Positions 21,929 to 31,188 of a DNA stretch of 63,716 nt are shown here, piece by piece. The stretch covers positions 1 to 63,716 of the forward strand of contig CANJQI010000005.1 of assembly GCA_947476215.1 (NCBI GenBank), given 5' to 3'. The position numbers and the translations under genes are program-made. Positions within the stretch are counted from its first letter, which is position 1. Each line of letters opens with the position of its first letter. Source of the DNA: Betaproteobacteria bacterium (GTDB taxonomy: Bacteria; Pseudomonadota; Gammaproteobacteria; Burkholderiales; SG8-41). The notes beneath the pieces are model-generated. The model made no database searches, was not told where the DNA came from, and worked only from the letters and a program-made list of their open reading frames with translations.

Positions 21929-22930
21929 ATGAACAGATTAACGACAGGAGCAACCATGCCGGCAAGACGAACTGCAACGATGCTGATGCTAACGGGCATC
22001 CTGTCCGCAGGGGCAGGATCGGTGTACGCCCAGGGATATCCGAATAAACCCATCCGATGGATACTGCCTTATGCGCCGGGCGGAGCGACGGAAATTATTG
22101 CGCGCATCGTGGGACACCGATTAAGTGAGGTGCTCGGGCAACAAATCATCATAGACACACGCGGCGGCGGCGCGAGCATAGTCGGAACCGAACTCGTGGC
22201 ACGCGCTGTCCCCGATGGCTACACCATGTTGTTTGGCACCTTCGGCTTTGCTTTCACGCCCAGTCTGCACGCCAAGTTACCCTACGATACCGAACGTGAC
22301 TTTGCGCCGGTCAGTCTGATCGGCAACGGCCTGCTCGCGCTGGTGGTTCACCCTACACTGCCGGTGCACTCGGTCAAAGAACTCATAGCCATGGCGAAAG
22401 CCAAACCCAACCAGATTAATTATGGGTCGACCGGGGGCGGCAGCTCCAGCAACCTGGGCGCGCTGCTGTTCAAATCCATGACCGGCGTGCAGATGACCGG
22501 CATTATCTATAAGGGTGCGGGGCCGAGCACGGCCGCTTTGCTGGGCGCAGAAGTCAACCTGATTTTCAGCAGCATATTGCCCGTGTTGACTCACATCAAG
22601 TCGGGCAAACTGCGCACGCTGGGCGTCAGCAGTCGCAAGCGCAGCGCAGCGCTTCCCGATGTCCCCACGATCGCCGAGGCGGGTGTGCCTGGTTATGAAC
22701 TGGTTTCCTGGTATGGCATACTCGTACCGCGCGGCACGCCGCAACCTGTCATCGCCAAACTGAATCAGAGCGCGCTGCAAGCCATACAATCGAAGGAGGT
22801 ACAAGAGAAACTGGCCGCCCAAGGTGTCGAGCCGGCAACCAGCACCCCGGCCGAACTCGGCAAGTATGTTTCAACGGAAATTGCAAAGTGGTCCAAGCTG
22901 ATGAAAGAAATCGGCGCCACGCACGAATGA
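21929..22930 (+). CDS. Bug/TctC-family periplasmic binding protein (second copy)
   Basis: Signal peptide, then YPNKPIRWILPYAPGGATE and GVPGYELVSWYGILVP. It is clearly paralogous to 18455-19432. The start is uncertain: 21929, or a nearby Met. Confidence 0.85.
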   Translation: MNRLTTGATMPARRTATMLMLTGILSAGAGSVYAQGYPNKPIRWILPYAPGGATEIIARIVGHRLSEVLGQQIIIDTRGGGASIVGTELVARAVPDGYTMLFGTFGFAFTPSLHAKLPYDTERDFAPVSLIGNGLLALVVHPTLPVHSVKELIAMAKAKPNQINYGSTGGGSSSNLGALLFKSMTGVQMTGIIYKGAGPSTAALLGAEVNLIFSSILPVLTHIKSGKLRTLGVSSRKRSAALPDVPTIAEAGVPGYELVSWYGILVPRGTPQPVIAKLNQSALQAIQSKEVQEKLAAQGVEPATSTPAELGKYVSTEIAKWSKLMKEIGATHE

Positions 22931-22939
22931 GGAGGTCAT

Positions 22940-23869
22940 ATGCCGCAAATTGCTTCTTACGAGGAATCGAAATCCAATGTCAAGCACCGCACGCTGCCGG
23001 GCGGTCATCAACACTGGCGAACCGATTTTCTTATACCGCCAAAAGGGGCCAAGGATGAGCCGGTCGCCTTTCTGGCCGCAGCCACACCACATCGGATCAC
23101 GCGTCCGCACTTTCATGACGTTGATCAGTTTCAGGTCATCGTCAAAGGCGACGGCGTGCTCGGCAAGCATCCGGTGGCCATGCATGCAGTGCATTTCACG
23201 CGCGCGCATACGCCTTATGGACCCATCGTCGGAGGAGAACAAGGCATAGGCTTTCTGACCCTGCGTGCGCAATGGGACCAAGGTGCGCAATATCTGCCCG
23301 CGGCGCGTGAGCACCTTACGCAAATTCCGGATCGCAGGCCCTGGCAAGTAACCGAGATGCCGAAATTCGGCGTGCAGGATACAGGCGATGCCTGCCTCCA
23401 GGCATTCGACTACATCAAGGACGATCTGGGGCTTGCCGCGTACTCGGTAAGTCTCAAACCCAAAGCGCAAATGACCGCGCCGGACCCATCCACCAGCGGC
23501 GGCCAGTACATCATCGTCACACGCGGCAGTCTGGTTTACCAGAACAAGGATTACAACGCCGTATCGATCGCGTTCCTGAAACCGTCGGAACTGGCGATGC
23601 AGCTGATCGCCGGTCCGAAAGGACTGGAAGCACTGGTGCTACATTACCCACGCGCCAAACCGGCGGTGACCAAACAACCACCTGCTTCGAGAAACACGCA
23701 TCTCCGCATCTGGCAATGCGCGCTTTGTGCATTCAGCTACGACGAAGCGCAAGGCATGCCGCACGAGGGCATTGCACCCGGCACGCGCTGGGAGGATGTG
23801 CCGGATTCGTGGTCGTGCCCGGATTGCGCGGCCAGCAAAGGCGATTTCGAGATGCAAGTCGTCCGGTAA
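22940..23869 (+). CDS. Cupin-like protein with a fused C-terminal rubredoxin domain
   Basis: 309 aa. The N-terminal part has a cupin-like His cluster ([27 protein letters not shown]). The last ~50 aa are a canonical rubredoxin: [47 protein letters not shown], with two CxxC pairs. Confidence 0.7.
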   Translation: MPQIASYEESKSNVKHRTLPGGHQHWRTDFLIPPKGAKDEPVAFLAAATPHRITRPHFHDVDQFQVIVKGDGVLGKHPVAMHAVHFTRAHTPYGPIVGGEQGIGFLTLRAQWDQGAQYLPAAREHLTQIPDRRPWQVTEMPKFGVQDTGDACLQAFDYIKDDLGLAAYSVSLKPKAQMTAPDPSTSGGQYIIVTRGSLVYQNKDYNAVSIAFLKPSELAMQLIAGPKGLEALVLHYPRAKPAVTKQPPASRNTHLRIWQCALCAFSYDEAQGMPHEGIAPGTRWEDVPDSWSCPDCAASKGDFEMQVVR

Positions 23870-23923
23870 GGCCGCAACGCGTGTTTCTGTCCCTTCTAAG
23901 CGAACAGAATCTTGGACATAGTC

Positions 23924-24067
23924 ATGTCCGTAACATTACGCAATATCGTCGACGATATTTATCGTTCCGAGTCGCGCCACGTGCTCGCGACACTGATACG
24001 ACTGCTCGGTGATTTCGATCTTGCAGAGGAGGCGCTGCACGAAGCCTTCCGTGCCGCGCTGGAACAG
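23924..24067 (+). pseudogene. 5' remnant of an ECF-type RNA polymerase sigma factor gene
   Basis: MSVTLRNIVDDIYRSESRHVLATLIRLLGDFDLAEEALHEAFRAALEQ matches the conserved N-terminus of a sigma-70/ECF subgroup. Similarity stops after about 48 aa. The continuing frame is simply the antisense of the IS66-type fragment. Confidence 0.55.
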
Positions 24068-24499
24068 AACAACTTCAGTCACGCCTTCGGGAAATTGGCT
24101 TTGGTGCAACTGCCCACAGGTGCAGCGCAATTGCTGCGTGCGATGTTCGGTAACTTGAAATTGCGCAACCGGTATGTCGAACACTTGCCGGCGCTCATCC
24201 AATTGCGCATCCGCCGAATTCAGAGTGGCGCCGCACTCTTGGCAATGCTCCGGCAATGGATACTCAATCACCACGTCCACCTGATTCGAACGTTTGAGTG
24301 TCTTGCCGATGCGCCCCGCCTGTCCACCGCGCTCCGCGCCCGATGACATACGAAGGGAACCAGTCTTGTTTGTCAGTCCAAACGCCAGGCCATGTGCGGG
24401 GATGGTTGCGATCCGCTCAGGCTCTATTTCGGCACCACCAGTAGCGAGATATAGATGAGCCGCGACGCGGGCGGAAAATGGGTTTGCGTCGCGCGTCAT
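24068..24499 (-). mobile_element. Truncated IS66-family transposase fragment (N-terminal zinc-finger region only)
   Basis: The minus-strand translation ...GGQAGRIGKTLKRSNQVDVVIEYPLPEHCQECGATLNSADAQLDERRQVFDIPVAQFQVTEHRTQQLRCTCGQLHQSQFPEGV resembles the IS66 transposase N-terminal/zinc-finger module. The DDE catalytic region and the accessory IS66 ORFs are absent. Confidence 0.55.
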
Positions 24500-24550
24500 C
24501 TGCCGGAGATATATGCGCTGGAAGCAGCTGCGCTTTAAGCCGCGTGTGCA

Positions 24551-24808
24551 ATGAAAGTGCTCATCCCCAGTGCATTGCGCTCCTACACTGAAAGCGCTCA
24601 TTCCGATGTGTGCGGCACGACGCTCGCGGAAGCACTGGCGGATCTGGATCGGCAATATCCCGGCATACGCTTTCGCATGATCGATGAGCAGGATGAGGTG
24701 CGCCGGCACATACGCATCTTTATCGACGGCGAACAGGTCTATACCTCGTCGCGACCGTTGACCGGCGTTGAGGAGCTGGTGATCGTGCAGGCAGTCAGCG
24801 GCGGCTAA
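24551..24808 (+). CDS. MoaD/ThiS/CysO-like ubiquitin-fold sulfur-carrier protein
   Basis: 85 aa ending ...VIVQAVSGG-stop, a C-terminal Gly-Gly. The overall pattern V.IP..LR..T......G.TL......L...YPG...R matches CysO/MoaD-type carriers. Confidence 0.65.
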   Translation: MKVLIPSALRSYTESAHSDVCGTTLAEALADLDRQYPGIRFRMIDEQDEVRRHIRIFIDGEQVYTSSRPLTGVEELVIVQAVSGG

Positions 24809-25080
24809 CAGTTACAAAAGACATAATCCGCAGAATTCGTTACCTTTTGATTCCATGCGGCTTATCTGGCATGGTTGTGCAAATGTGCAACACCAACATC
24901 AGAAGTGTTGTATTGTCACGTCAACCATAGTGAATTGTTGCTGAAAATTGGGCAATTTATTTAATTTGTTGGGAAAATTTTCACCGATATAGTGTACCGC
25001 CCGTGATTCCTGTATCATTCGGCCCCCAGTGTCGCGACTGCCCGGATCCGCACTTCTGACCGCCATGAGGAGCTTTTGAA

Positions 25081-25320
25081 ATGCAAGAAATCCTGCAATA
25101 CCTGAAAAATAACGGTGAGCGTCTCGATTCGGAAATCGCTGCCGCGACAGGGCTCTCTCTGGAAAAAGTGCGCTCAGGCGTTACGGATTTGTCCGCGCGC
25201 GGCGCGGTCATGATGTGCCGCTCGATTCGCTTTAAGGACGGCAAGGAAATCAATGCGATGTTGTGTCGTATTTCCGGCTATATTCCACCCGCCGCCCCGG
25301 GAAGAAAGCCCAAGTCTTAG
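25081..25320 (+). CDS. Small winged-helix-like DNA-binding protein (hypothetical)
   Basis: 79 aa. MQEILQYLKNNGERLDSEIAAATGLSLEKVRSGVTDLSARGAV has the look of a wHTH motif. A GGAG sits about 10 nt upstream of the ATG. Confidence 0.5.
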   Translation: MQEILQYLKNNGERLDSEIAAATGLSLEKVRSGVTDLSARGAVMMCRSIRFKDGKEINAMLCRISGYIPPAAPGRKPKS

Positions 25321-25344
25321 ATTTTCCCTGCGACGCCTAACGTA

Positions 25345-25374
25345 AATCGGCCACGCCTTTCGGCGTGGCCGATT
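25345..25374. terminator. 13-bp perfect hairpin between convergent genes (possible bidirectional terminator)
   Basis: AATCGGCCACGCC-TTTC-GGCGTGGCCGATT. U-tracts are weak on both strands. Confidence 0.45.
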
Positions 25375-25397
25375 GCATTACAGAGCCAGTTTTATGG

Positions 25398-25724
25398 CTA
25401 CTTGGCTTTTTGGTTGTCGTGTTTCTCGCGTGCGATGCGCCTGCTTTGCACGTTCTGGGCATGCCCGATATGCGCTTTTTCCTTGGTGGTGACCTTGCCG
25501 CCGGCAGCTGCCTTGTCTTCCATTTTCTGCACGCGCGCCTGGCCTTTTTCCAGACGTGTGGCTTCTTTCTTGTTGAGTTCGCCGGACTTAACGCCCTGCT
25601 CTATCCGTTTTTCCTGATTTTCCTGCCGCTGGTCGATGCGCGGTGTGGAGGCCGTTTGCGCGTATGCAAGACCAGGTAACGCGACGGCGGCAATAACTAC
25701 GGCAACTATGGTTGATTTGTTCAT
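25398..25724 (-). CDS. Small secreted Lys/Gln/Glu-rich protein
   Basis: 108 aa with a signal peptide MNKSTIVAVVIAAVALPGLAYA. The mature part is highly charged and helical-looking, with loosely repeated K/R-E-Q segments. Confidence 0.55.
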   Translation of the reverse strand: MNKSTIVAVVIAAVALPGLAYAQTASTPRIDQRQENQEKRIEQGVKSGELNKKEATRLEKGQARVQKMEDKAAAGGKVTTKEKAHIGHAQNVQSRRIAREKHDNQKAK

Positions 25725-25938
25725 ATCGAATTTCCTTCCCTAACTCGAAGTTTATGTGGATAGTCACACTCTGCAAATAACGATTACCGCGCCATGCTGT
25801 TGACAGCAAAACTGTTTCCAGTTTTAAGTTTGCTGCCCCGCGTCTAAACCGCGCCGCGGCCCGCCTGACAGCCCCGAAAGATTGTGTCATCGTGCTTGAG
25901 CTATTACCATAGCGGCTCACTCTATCGGGGAAATTCAA

Positions 25939-26745
25939 ATGTCTGATTTACCACAATTAAAAGAATCGGCGTTGCTTCTGGAAGACCGCGTGGCCATGTT
26001 GATCCTGCAACGCGATGACGTACGCAACGCCCTGAGCGGCACGGAATTGACGGACGACCTAGTCACGACTTTAAGCTGGGCCAATACCTGTCCCCAGGTT
26101 TCGGTGCTCATCGTAACCGGCGAAGGCGGCGCTTTCTCCGCGGGCGGCAACGTCAAGACCATGGGCGCCCGCTCTCAGGCCGCTCCACACATACTGCAAA
26201 ATAACTATAAGAACACGATACAACGCATTCCGCGTGCTTTTCAGGCTGTCGAGATTCCGGTTATCGCAGCGGTCAATGGGCCCGCGATCGGCGCCGGTTT
26301 CGACCTTGCCAATATGTGCGACATGCGGATAGGTTCGACCAATGCGCAATTCGGGGAAACGTTCGTGAATCTCGGCATAATCGCGGGCGATGGCGGCGCA
26401 TGGTTCCTGCAACGTCTGGTCGGTTATCAACGCGCGGCGGAACTGTCCTTTAGCGGGCGCATCGTCAAGGCCGAGGAAGCGCTGGCGCTGGGCATCCTGC
26501 TGGAAGTCACCGCCCCCGAACAGTTGCTGCCCAGAGCCCGCGAAATCGCGGCCAGAATTGCCACCAAACCACCGATCGCGGTGCGTTACGCGAAGCAACT
26601 GCTCAGACGAGGGCAGCAACAGCCGCTGTCGGAACACCTGGACCTATGTTCCAGTTTTCAGGCGTTGTGCCACAAGACGGAAGATCATGCTGAAGCGCTG
26701 ACCGCGTTTCGTGAAAAACGCCGGGGCAAATTCAAGGGGCAGTGA
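25939..26745 (+). CDS. Enoyl-CoA hydratase/isomerase (crotonase) family protein
   Basis: 268 aa with oxyanion-hole motifs GEGGAFSAGGNV and AAVNGPAIGAGFDLA. Confidence 0.88.
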   Translation: MSDLPQLKESALLLEDRVAMLILQRDDVRNALSGTELTDDLVTTLSWANTCPQVSVLIVTGEGGAFSAGGNVKTMGARSQAAPHILQNNYKNTIQRIPRAFQAVEIPVIAAVNGPAIGAGFDLANMCDMRIGSTNAQFGETFVNLGIIAGDGGAWFLQRLVGYQRAAELSFSGRIVKAEEALALGILLEVTAPEQLLPRAREIAARIATKPPIAVRYAKQLLRRGQQQPLSEHLDLCSSFQALCHKTEDHAEALTAFREKRRGKFKGQ

Positions 26746-27416
26746 TGCTGCGCGCATTAAGAACGCTGCTTGCGACGAGCTTGTTACTCGCCGCAAGTGC
26801 GGCGGCCCTCGCCGGGGACGCTCGCCTGCTCCCGGTCGACGACGCGGCCGGGGACTTAACCTGGGCCAAGTTCAAGACGCGGATGATGGAAGTGCTAAGC
26901 AAGCGCGATCATAAATCCTTGCTTGATTTGATCGATGTCAGAATACGCAATACGTCCGGGAAAAGCGGTCTGCCGGAATTCCGCAAACTCTGGGAACCGC
27001 ATTCCATGGAAAGCGCGCTGTGGACGGAGCTTCCGCGCGTGCTGCATCTAGGCGGTACTTACATCCGGCGCAGGCGTGCGGTTGAATTTTGTGCGCCTTA
27101 TATTTATTACAAATGGCCGGAAGATGCCTCGGCGGGCGCGGACGCCGCGCTGACATCCAGAGAAGTCCTCCTGAAGTCCGCGCCTTCCGCGCACGCTGAA
27201 ACCAAGCGCACGCTTTCGTATCACCTTGTCGATGTTCTGGATTGGGAAATCAACGACGAAAACAAGGCCAGCCGGCAGAAATGGTTACGGATCCGGGTCG
27301 ATGGCGAGAACGGGTATGTGCCGGAAGAGCAGATCCGGAGTCCGCTGGAACACCGCGCGTGTTTTGCAAAAACCGCCGCCGGCTGGCGTATGACCAGCTT
27401 TGAAGTCGGCGACTAA
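26745..27416 (+). CDS. Exported hypothetical protein
   Basis: Signal peptide MLRALRTLLATSLLLAASAAALA. Its ATG overlaps the crotonase stop (TGATG). The C-terminal part (WLRIRVDGENGYVPEEQI) resembles a bacterial SH3-like segment only weakly. Confidence 0.5.
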   Translation: MLRALRTLLATSLLLAASAAALAGDARLLPVDDAAGDLTWAKFKTRMMEVLSKRDHKSLLDLIDVRIRNTSGKSGLPEFRKLWEPHSMESALWTELPRVLHLGGTYIRRRRAVEFCAPYIYYKWPEDASAGADAALTSREVLLKSAPSAHAETKRTLSYHLVDVLDWEINDENKASRQKWLRIRVDGENGYVPEEQIRSPLEHRACFAKTAAGWRMTSFEVGD

Positions 27417-27458
27417 ACCACCACGGATTAGCCTCCCGCGGGCTTCGACAGATGCACT

Positions 27459-28886
27459 TCAAGCTTGCCGATGCTCACCCACCTTGACGATCTTCATGGT
27501 ATTGGTGCCGCCGGCGATGCCGTAGGGTTCGCCTATGGTCAATATGATGTAGTCACCGAGCTTGACGGCCCCGCGTTTTAACAATTCATCCTCGGCCATG
27601 GTCAACGCGCGTTCGGGGTTGCGCGTGCCCTTGAACTTGACCGGATAGACGCCACGAAATAGGGTGACTCGCCGCCGTGCTTCGATAACCGACGACAGCG
27701 CATAGATAGGCACGTTCGAATTCATGCGCGACATCAACAACACGGTCCTTCCGCTCTGCGTCAGCGCGGCCACGGCTTTAATATCGAGAGAATTGGCTGT
27801 GAATATGGTGGCGCGCGCAATCGCCTCTTCGGCGCTTTGCGGCGCTCCACCGCGTCTGCGTTCGGCAACGAACACGTCGTCTTTTTCAGCCTCCAGACAC
27901 ACGCGCGCCATCGCCGCGACCGTCTCGACCGGGTAGTTGCCGGCGGCGGTTTCTCCCGACAACATTACCGCATCGGTACCGTCGATCACCGCATTCGCGA
28001 CATCCGATACCTCCGCACGCGTCGGGATGGGATTTTGTATCATGGATTCCATCATCTGCGTCGCGGTAATCACCAGTTTGTTGCGCTCTCGCGCCATCCG
28101 TATCATCCGCTTCTGGAGCGCGGGCACCATCGCGTCACCCACTTCAACCGCCAGATCCCCGCGCGCCACCATGACGATATCCGAGGCGTCGAGGATTTCC
28201 TCCAGCGCGTCTATGGCCTCGGCGCGTTCAATCTTGGCGCACAGCAGTGCCTTGCCGCCGGCCTTGATCATAAGATCGCGCGCATACTGCATATCGGCGC
28301 CGGAACGCGGAAACGACACGGCCAGATAATCCGCCTTGAGTCTGGCCGCCGTCTTGATGTCCTGCATGTCTTTCTCGGTAAGCGCAGGTGCTGTCAGTCC
28401 ACCGCCTTTGCGGTTGATTCCTTTATTGTTCGACAGTACGCCGCCTTGAACAACCACGGTTTGTATGCGTGAGCCTTTCACGGCGGTAACGGTGAGCATG
28501 ATGCGTCCGTCATCCAGGAGCAGCGTGTCGCCCGGAACTACATCCTGCGGAAGATTCTTGTAGTCGAGACCGACAACATTGCGGTTGCCCAGCGTGCACT
28601 CCGCGTCGAGCACGAACGTATCGTCCTTGGCCAGCGTAACCTTGTCATGCTCGAAGCGGCCGATACGGATTTTGGGGCCCTGCAGATCAATAAGCACGCC
28701 TATCTCGCGTCCCGCCTTGCGAGCGAGCGAGCGCACTGTTTCGACGCGATCGGCATGTTCCTTGGCCGTGCCATGCGAAAAATTCATGCGCACCACATCC
28801 ATACCGGCCTCTATCATGCGCGCCAGCGTCTGTCTGTCGCTGGAGGCAGGGCCCAGCGTGGCAACAATTTTGGTACGTCGGGGCAT
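27459..28886 (-). CDS. pyk: Pyruvate kinase
   Basis: 475 aa with the N-terminus MPRRTKIVATLGPAS and typical PK domains. Confidence 0.93.
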   Translation of the reverse strand: MPRRTKIVATLGPASSDRQTLARMIEAGMDVVRMNFSHGTAKEHADRVETVRSLARKAGREIGVLIDLQGPKIRIGRFEHDKVTLAKDDTFVLDAECTLGNRNVVGLDYKNLPQDVVPGDTLLLDDGRIMLTVTAVKGSRIQTVVVQGGVLSNNKGINRKGGGLTAPALTEKDMQDIKTAARLKADYLAVSFPRSGADMQYARDLMIKAGGKALLCAKIERAEAIDALEEILDASDIVMVARGDLAVEVGDAMVPALQKRMIRMARERNKLVITATQMMESMIQNPIPTRAEVSDVANAVIDGTDAVMLSGETAAGNYPVETVAAMARVCLEAEKDDVFVAERRRGGAPQSAEEAIARATIFTANSLDIKAVAALTQSGRTVLLMSRMNSNVPIYALSSVIEARRRVTLFRGVYPVKFKGTRNPERALTMAEDELLKRGAVKLGDYIILTIGEPYGIAGGTNTMKIVKVGEHRQA

Positions 28887-28952
28887 AGGGTTCAGCTCTC
28901 GATTATTCCGGGTGAATTGAGAAGCGGAGTGATGCTGGTACGCCGCATCCGG

Positions 28953-30131
28953 TCAATTGCCGCGCTGCTCAAGTACTTCGACCGCCGGCAGTTTCTTGCC
29001 TTCCAGAAACTCCAGGAATGCGCCTCCGCCGGTTGATATATATGACACCTTGTCGGTAATGCCATACTTGGTGATCGCGGCTATCGTATCACCTCCGCCC
29101 GCGATTGAAAACGCCTTGGAATCAGCGACCGCACGCGCGATTCTGGCGGTGCCGGCGCCAAATTGGTCATATTCAAACACCCCGACCGGCCCGTTCCATA
29201 CCACGGTGCCGGCGCACTCTATCACGCCGGCGAGGATCTCGGCGGTCTTGGGTCCGATATCCAGGATCATGTCTTCCGGACCGACATTTTCCGCCGCGAC
29301 CTGATGGGCGCGTGCGCGCGCTGAAAGTTCGGCCGCGACCACCACATCCACCGGCAAAGGCACCGTCGCACCGCGCCCTTTCATGAGATCAATGATCTCC
29401 TGTGCTTCGCCGCACAGGCCGGGTTCAGCAAGCGAGCGGCCTATGCGCACGCCCGAAGCAAGCATGAAGGTATTTGCGATTCCGCCACCGACGATCAGCT
29501 GATCGACTTTTTCCGCGAGCGACTTGAGGATGGTCAGCTTGCTCGAGACCTTGGAGCCCGCGACGATCGCAACCAGCGGCCGTGCCGGATCGCGTAGTGC
29601 TTTGGCCAATGCCTCCAGTTCCGCCGCCATCAGCGGTCCGGCGCATGCGATCGGGGCAAATTTGGCGATGCCGTGCGTGGTCGCCTCCGCGCGATGGGCC
29701 GTACCGAAAGCGTCATTGGCGTAGATATCGCACAACGCCGCCATCTTTTTTGCCAGTGCGTCGTCGTTTTTCTTCTCGCCCTTGTTGAAACGGCAGTTTT
29801 CAAGCACCACGACATTGCCGGGTTTGACGTCCACACCATCGACCCAGTCACGCAGCAACGGCACGGGCACACCGAGCAATTCGCTCAATCGTTGCGCGAT
29901 CGGACTCAGTGAATCCGCGCTCTTGAATTCTCCTTCCGTCGGACGCCCGAGGTGAGACGTGACCATCACCGCCGCGCCTGCTGTCAGCGCCAACTGTATG
30001 CCGGCTACCGAGGCACGGATGCGCGTGTCGTCGGTGATGGCTCCGTTGTCGTCCTGAGGAACGTTGAGATCAGCGCGTATTAGTACGCGCTTGCCGTTGA
30101 GCCGAAGATCGCTAAGACGCAAGAATCCCAT
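28953..30131 (-). CDS. pgk: Phosphoglycerate kinase
   Basis: 392 aa with [12 protein letters not shown] near the N-terminus and [14 protein letters not shown] near the C-terminus. Confidence 0.95.
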   Translation of the reverse strand: MGFLRLSDLRLNGKRVLIRADLNVPQDDNGAITDDTRIRASVAGIQLALTAGAAVMVTSHLGRPTEGEFKSADSLSPIAQRLSELLGVPVPLLRDWVDGVDVKPGNVVVLENCRFNKGEKKNDDALAKKMAALCDIYANDAFGTAHRAEATTHGIAKFAPIACAGPLMAAELEALAKALRDPARPLVAIVAGSKVSSKLTILKSLAEKVDQLIVGGGIANTFMLASGVRIGRSLAEPGLCGEAQEIIDLMKGRGATVPLPVDVVVAAELSARARAHQVAAENVGPEDMILDIGPKTAEILAGVIECAGTVVWNGPVGVFEYDQFGAGTARIARAVADSKAFSIAGGGDTIAAITKYGITDKVSYISTGGGAFLEFLEGKKLPAVEVLEQRGN

Positions 30132-30144
30132 GGCACTAAACTCG

Positions 30145-31158
<1,014 letters not shown>

Positions 31159-31188
31159 TTATCTTTTATAACAAATGGTTACAGCTAT

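Noticed and set aside
23936-24709. 257-aa minus-strand ORF taken as one gene.
   Set aside because: Only its middle part (about 24068-24499) resembles an IS66 transposase N-terminus. The 5' part is antisense to the MoaD-like gene and the 3' part is antisense to the sigma remnant. The long ORF is therefore a chance fusion of frames, not an intact transposase.
25755-25763. DnaA-box-like TGTGGATAG (CTATCCACA) upstream of the small secreted-protein gene.
   Set aside because: It is a single one-mismatch 9-mer with no neighbouring boxes or AT-rich tract. This is compatible with chance.
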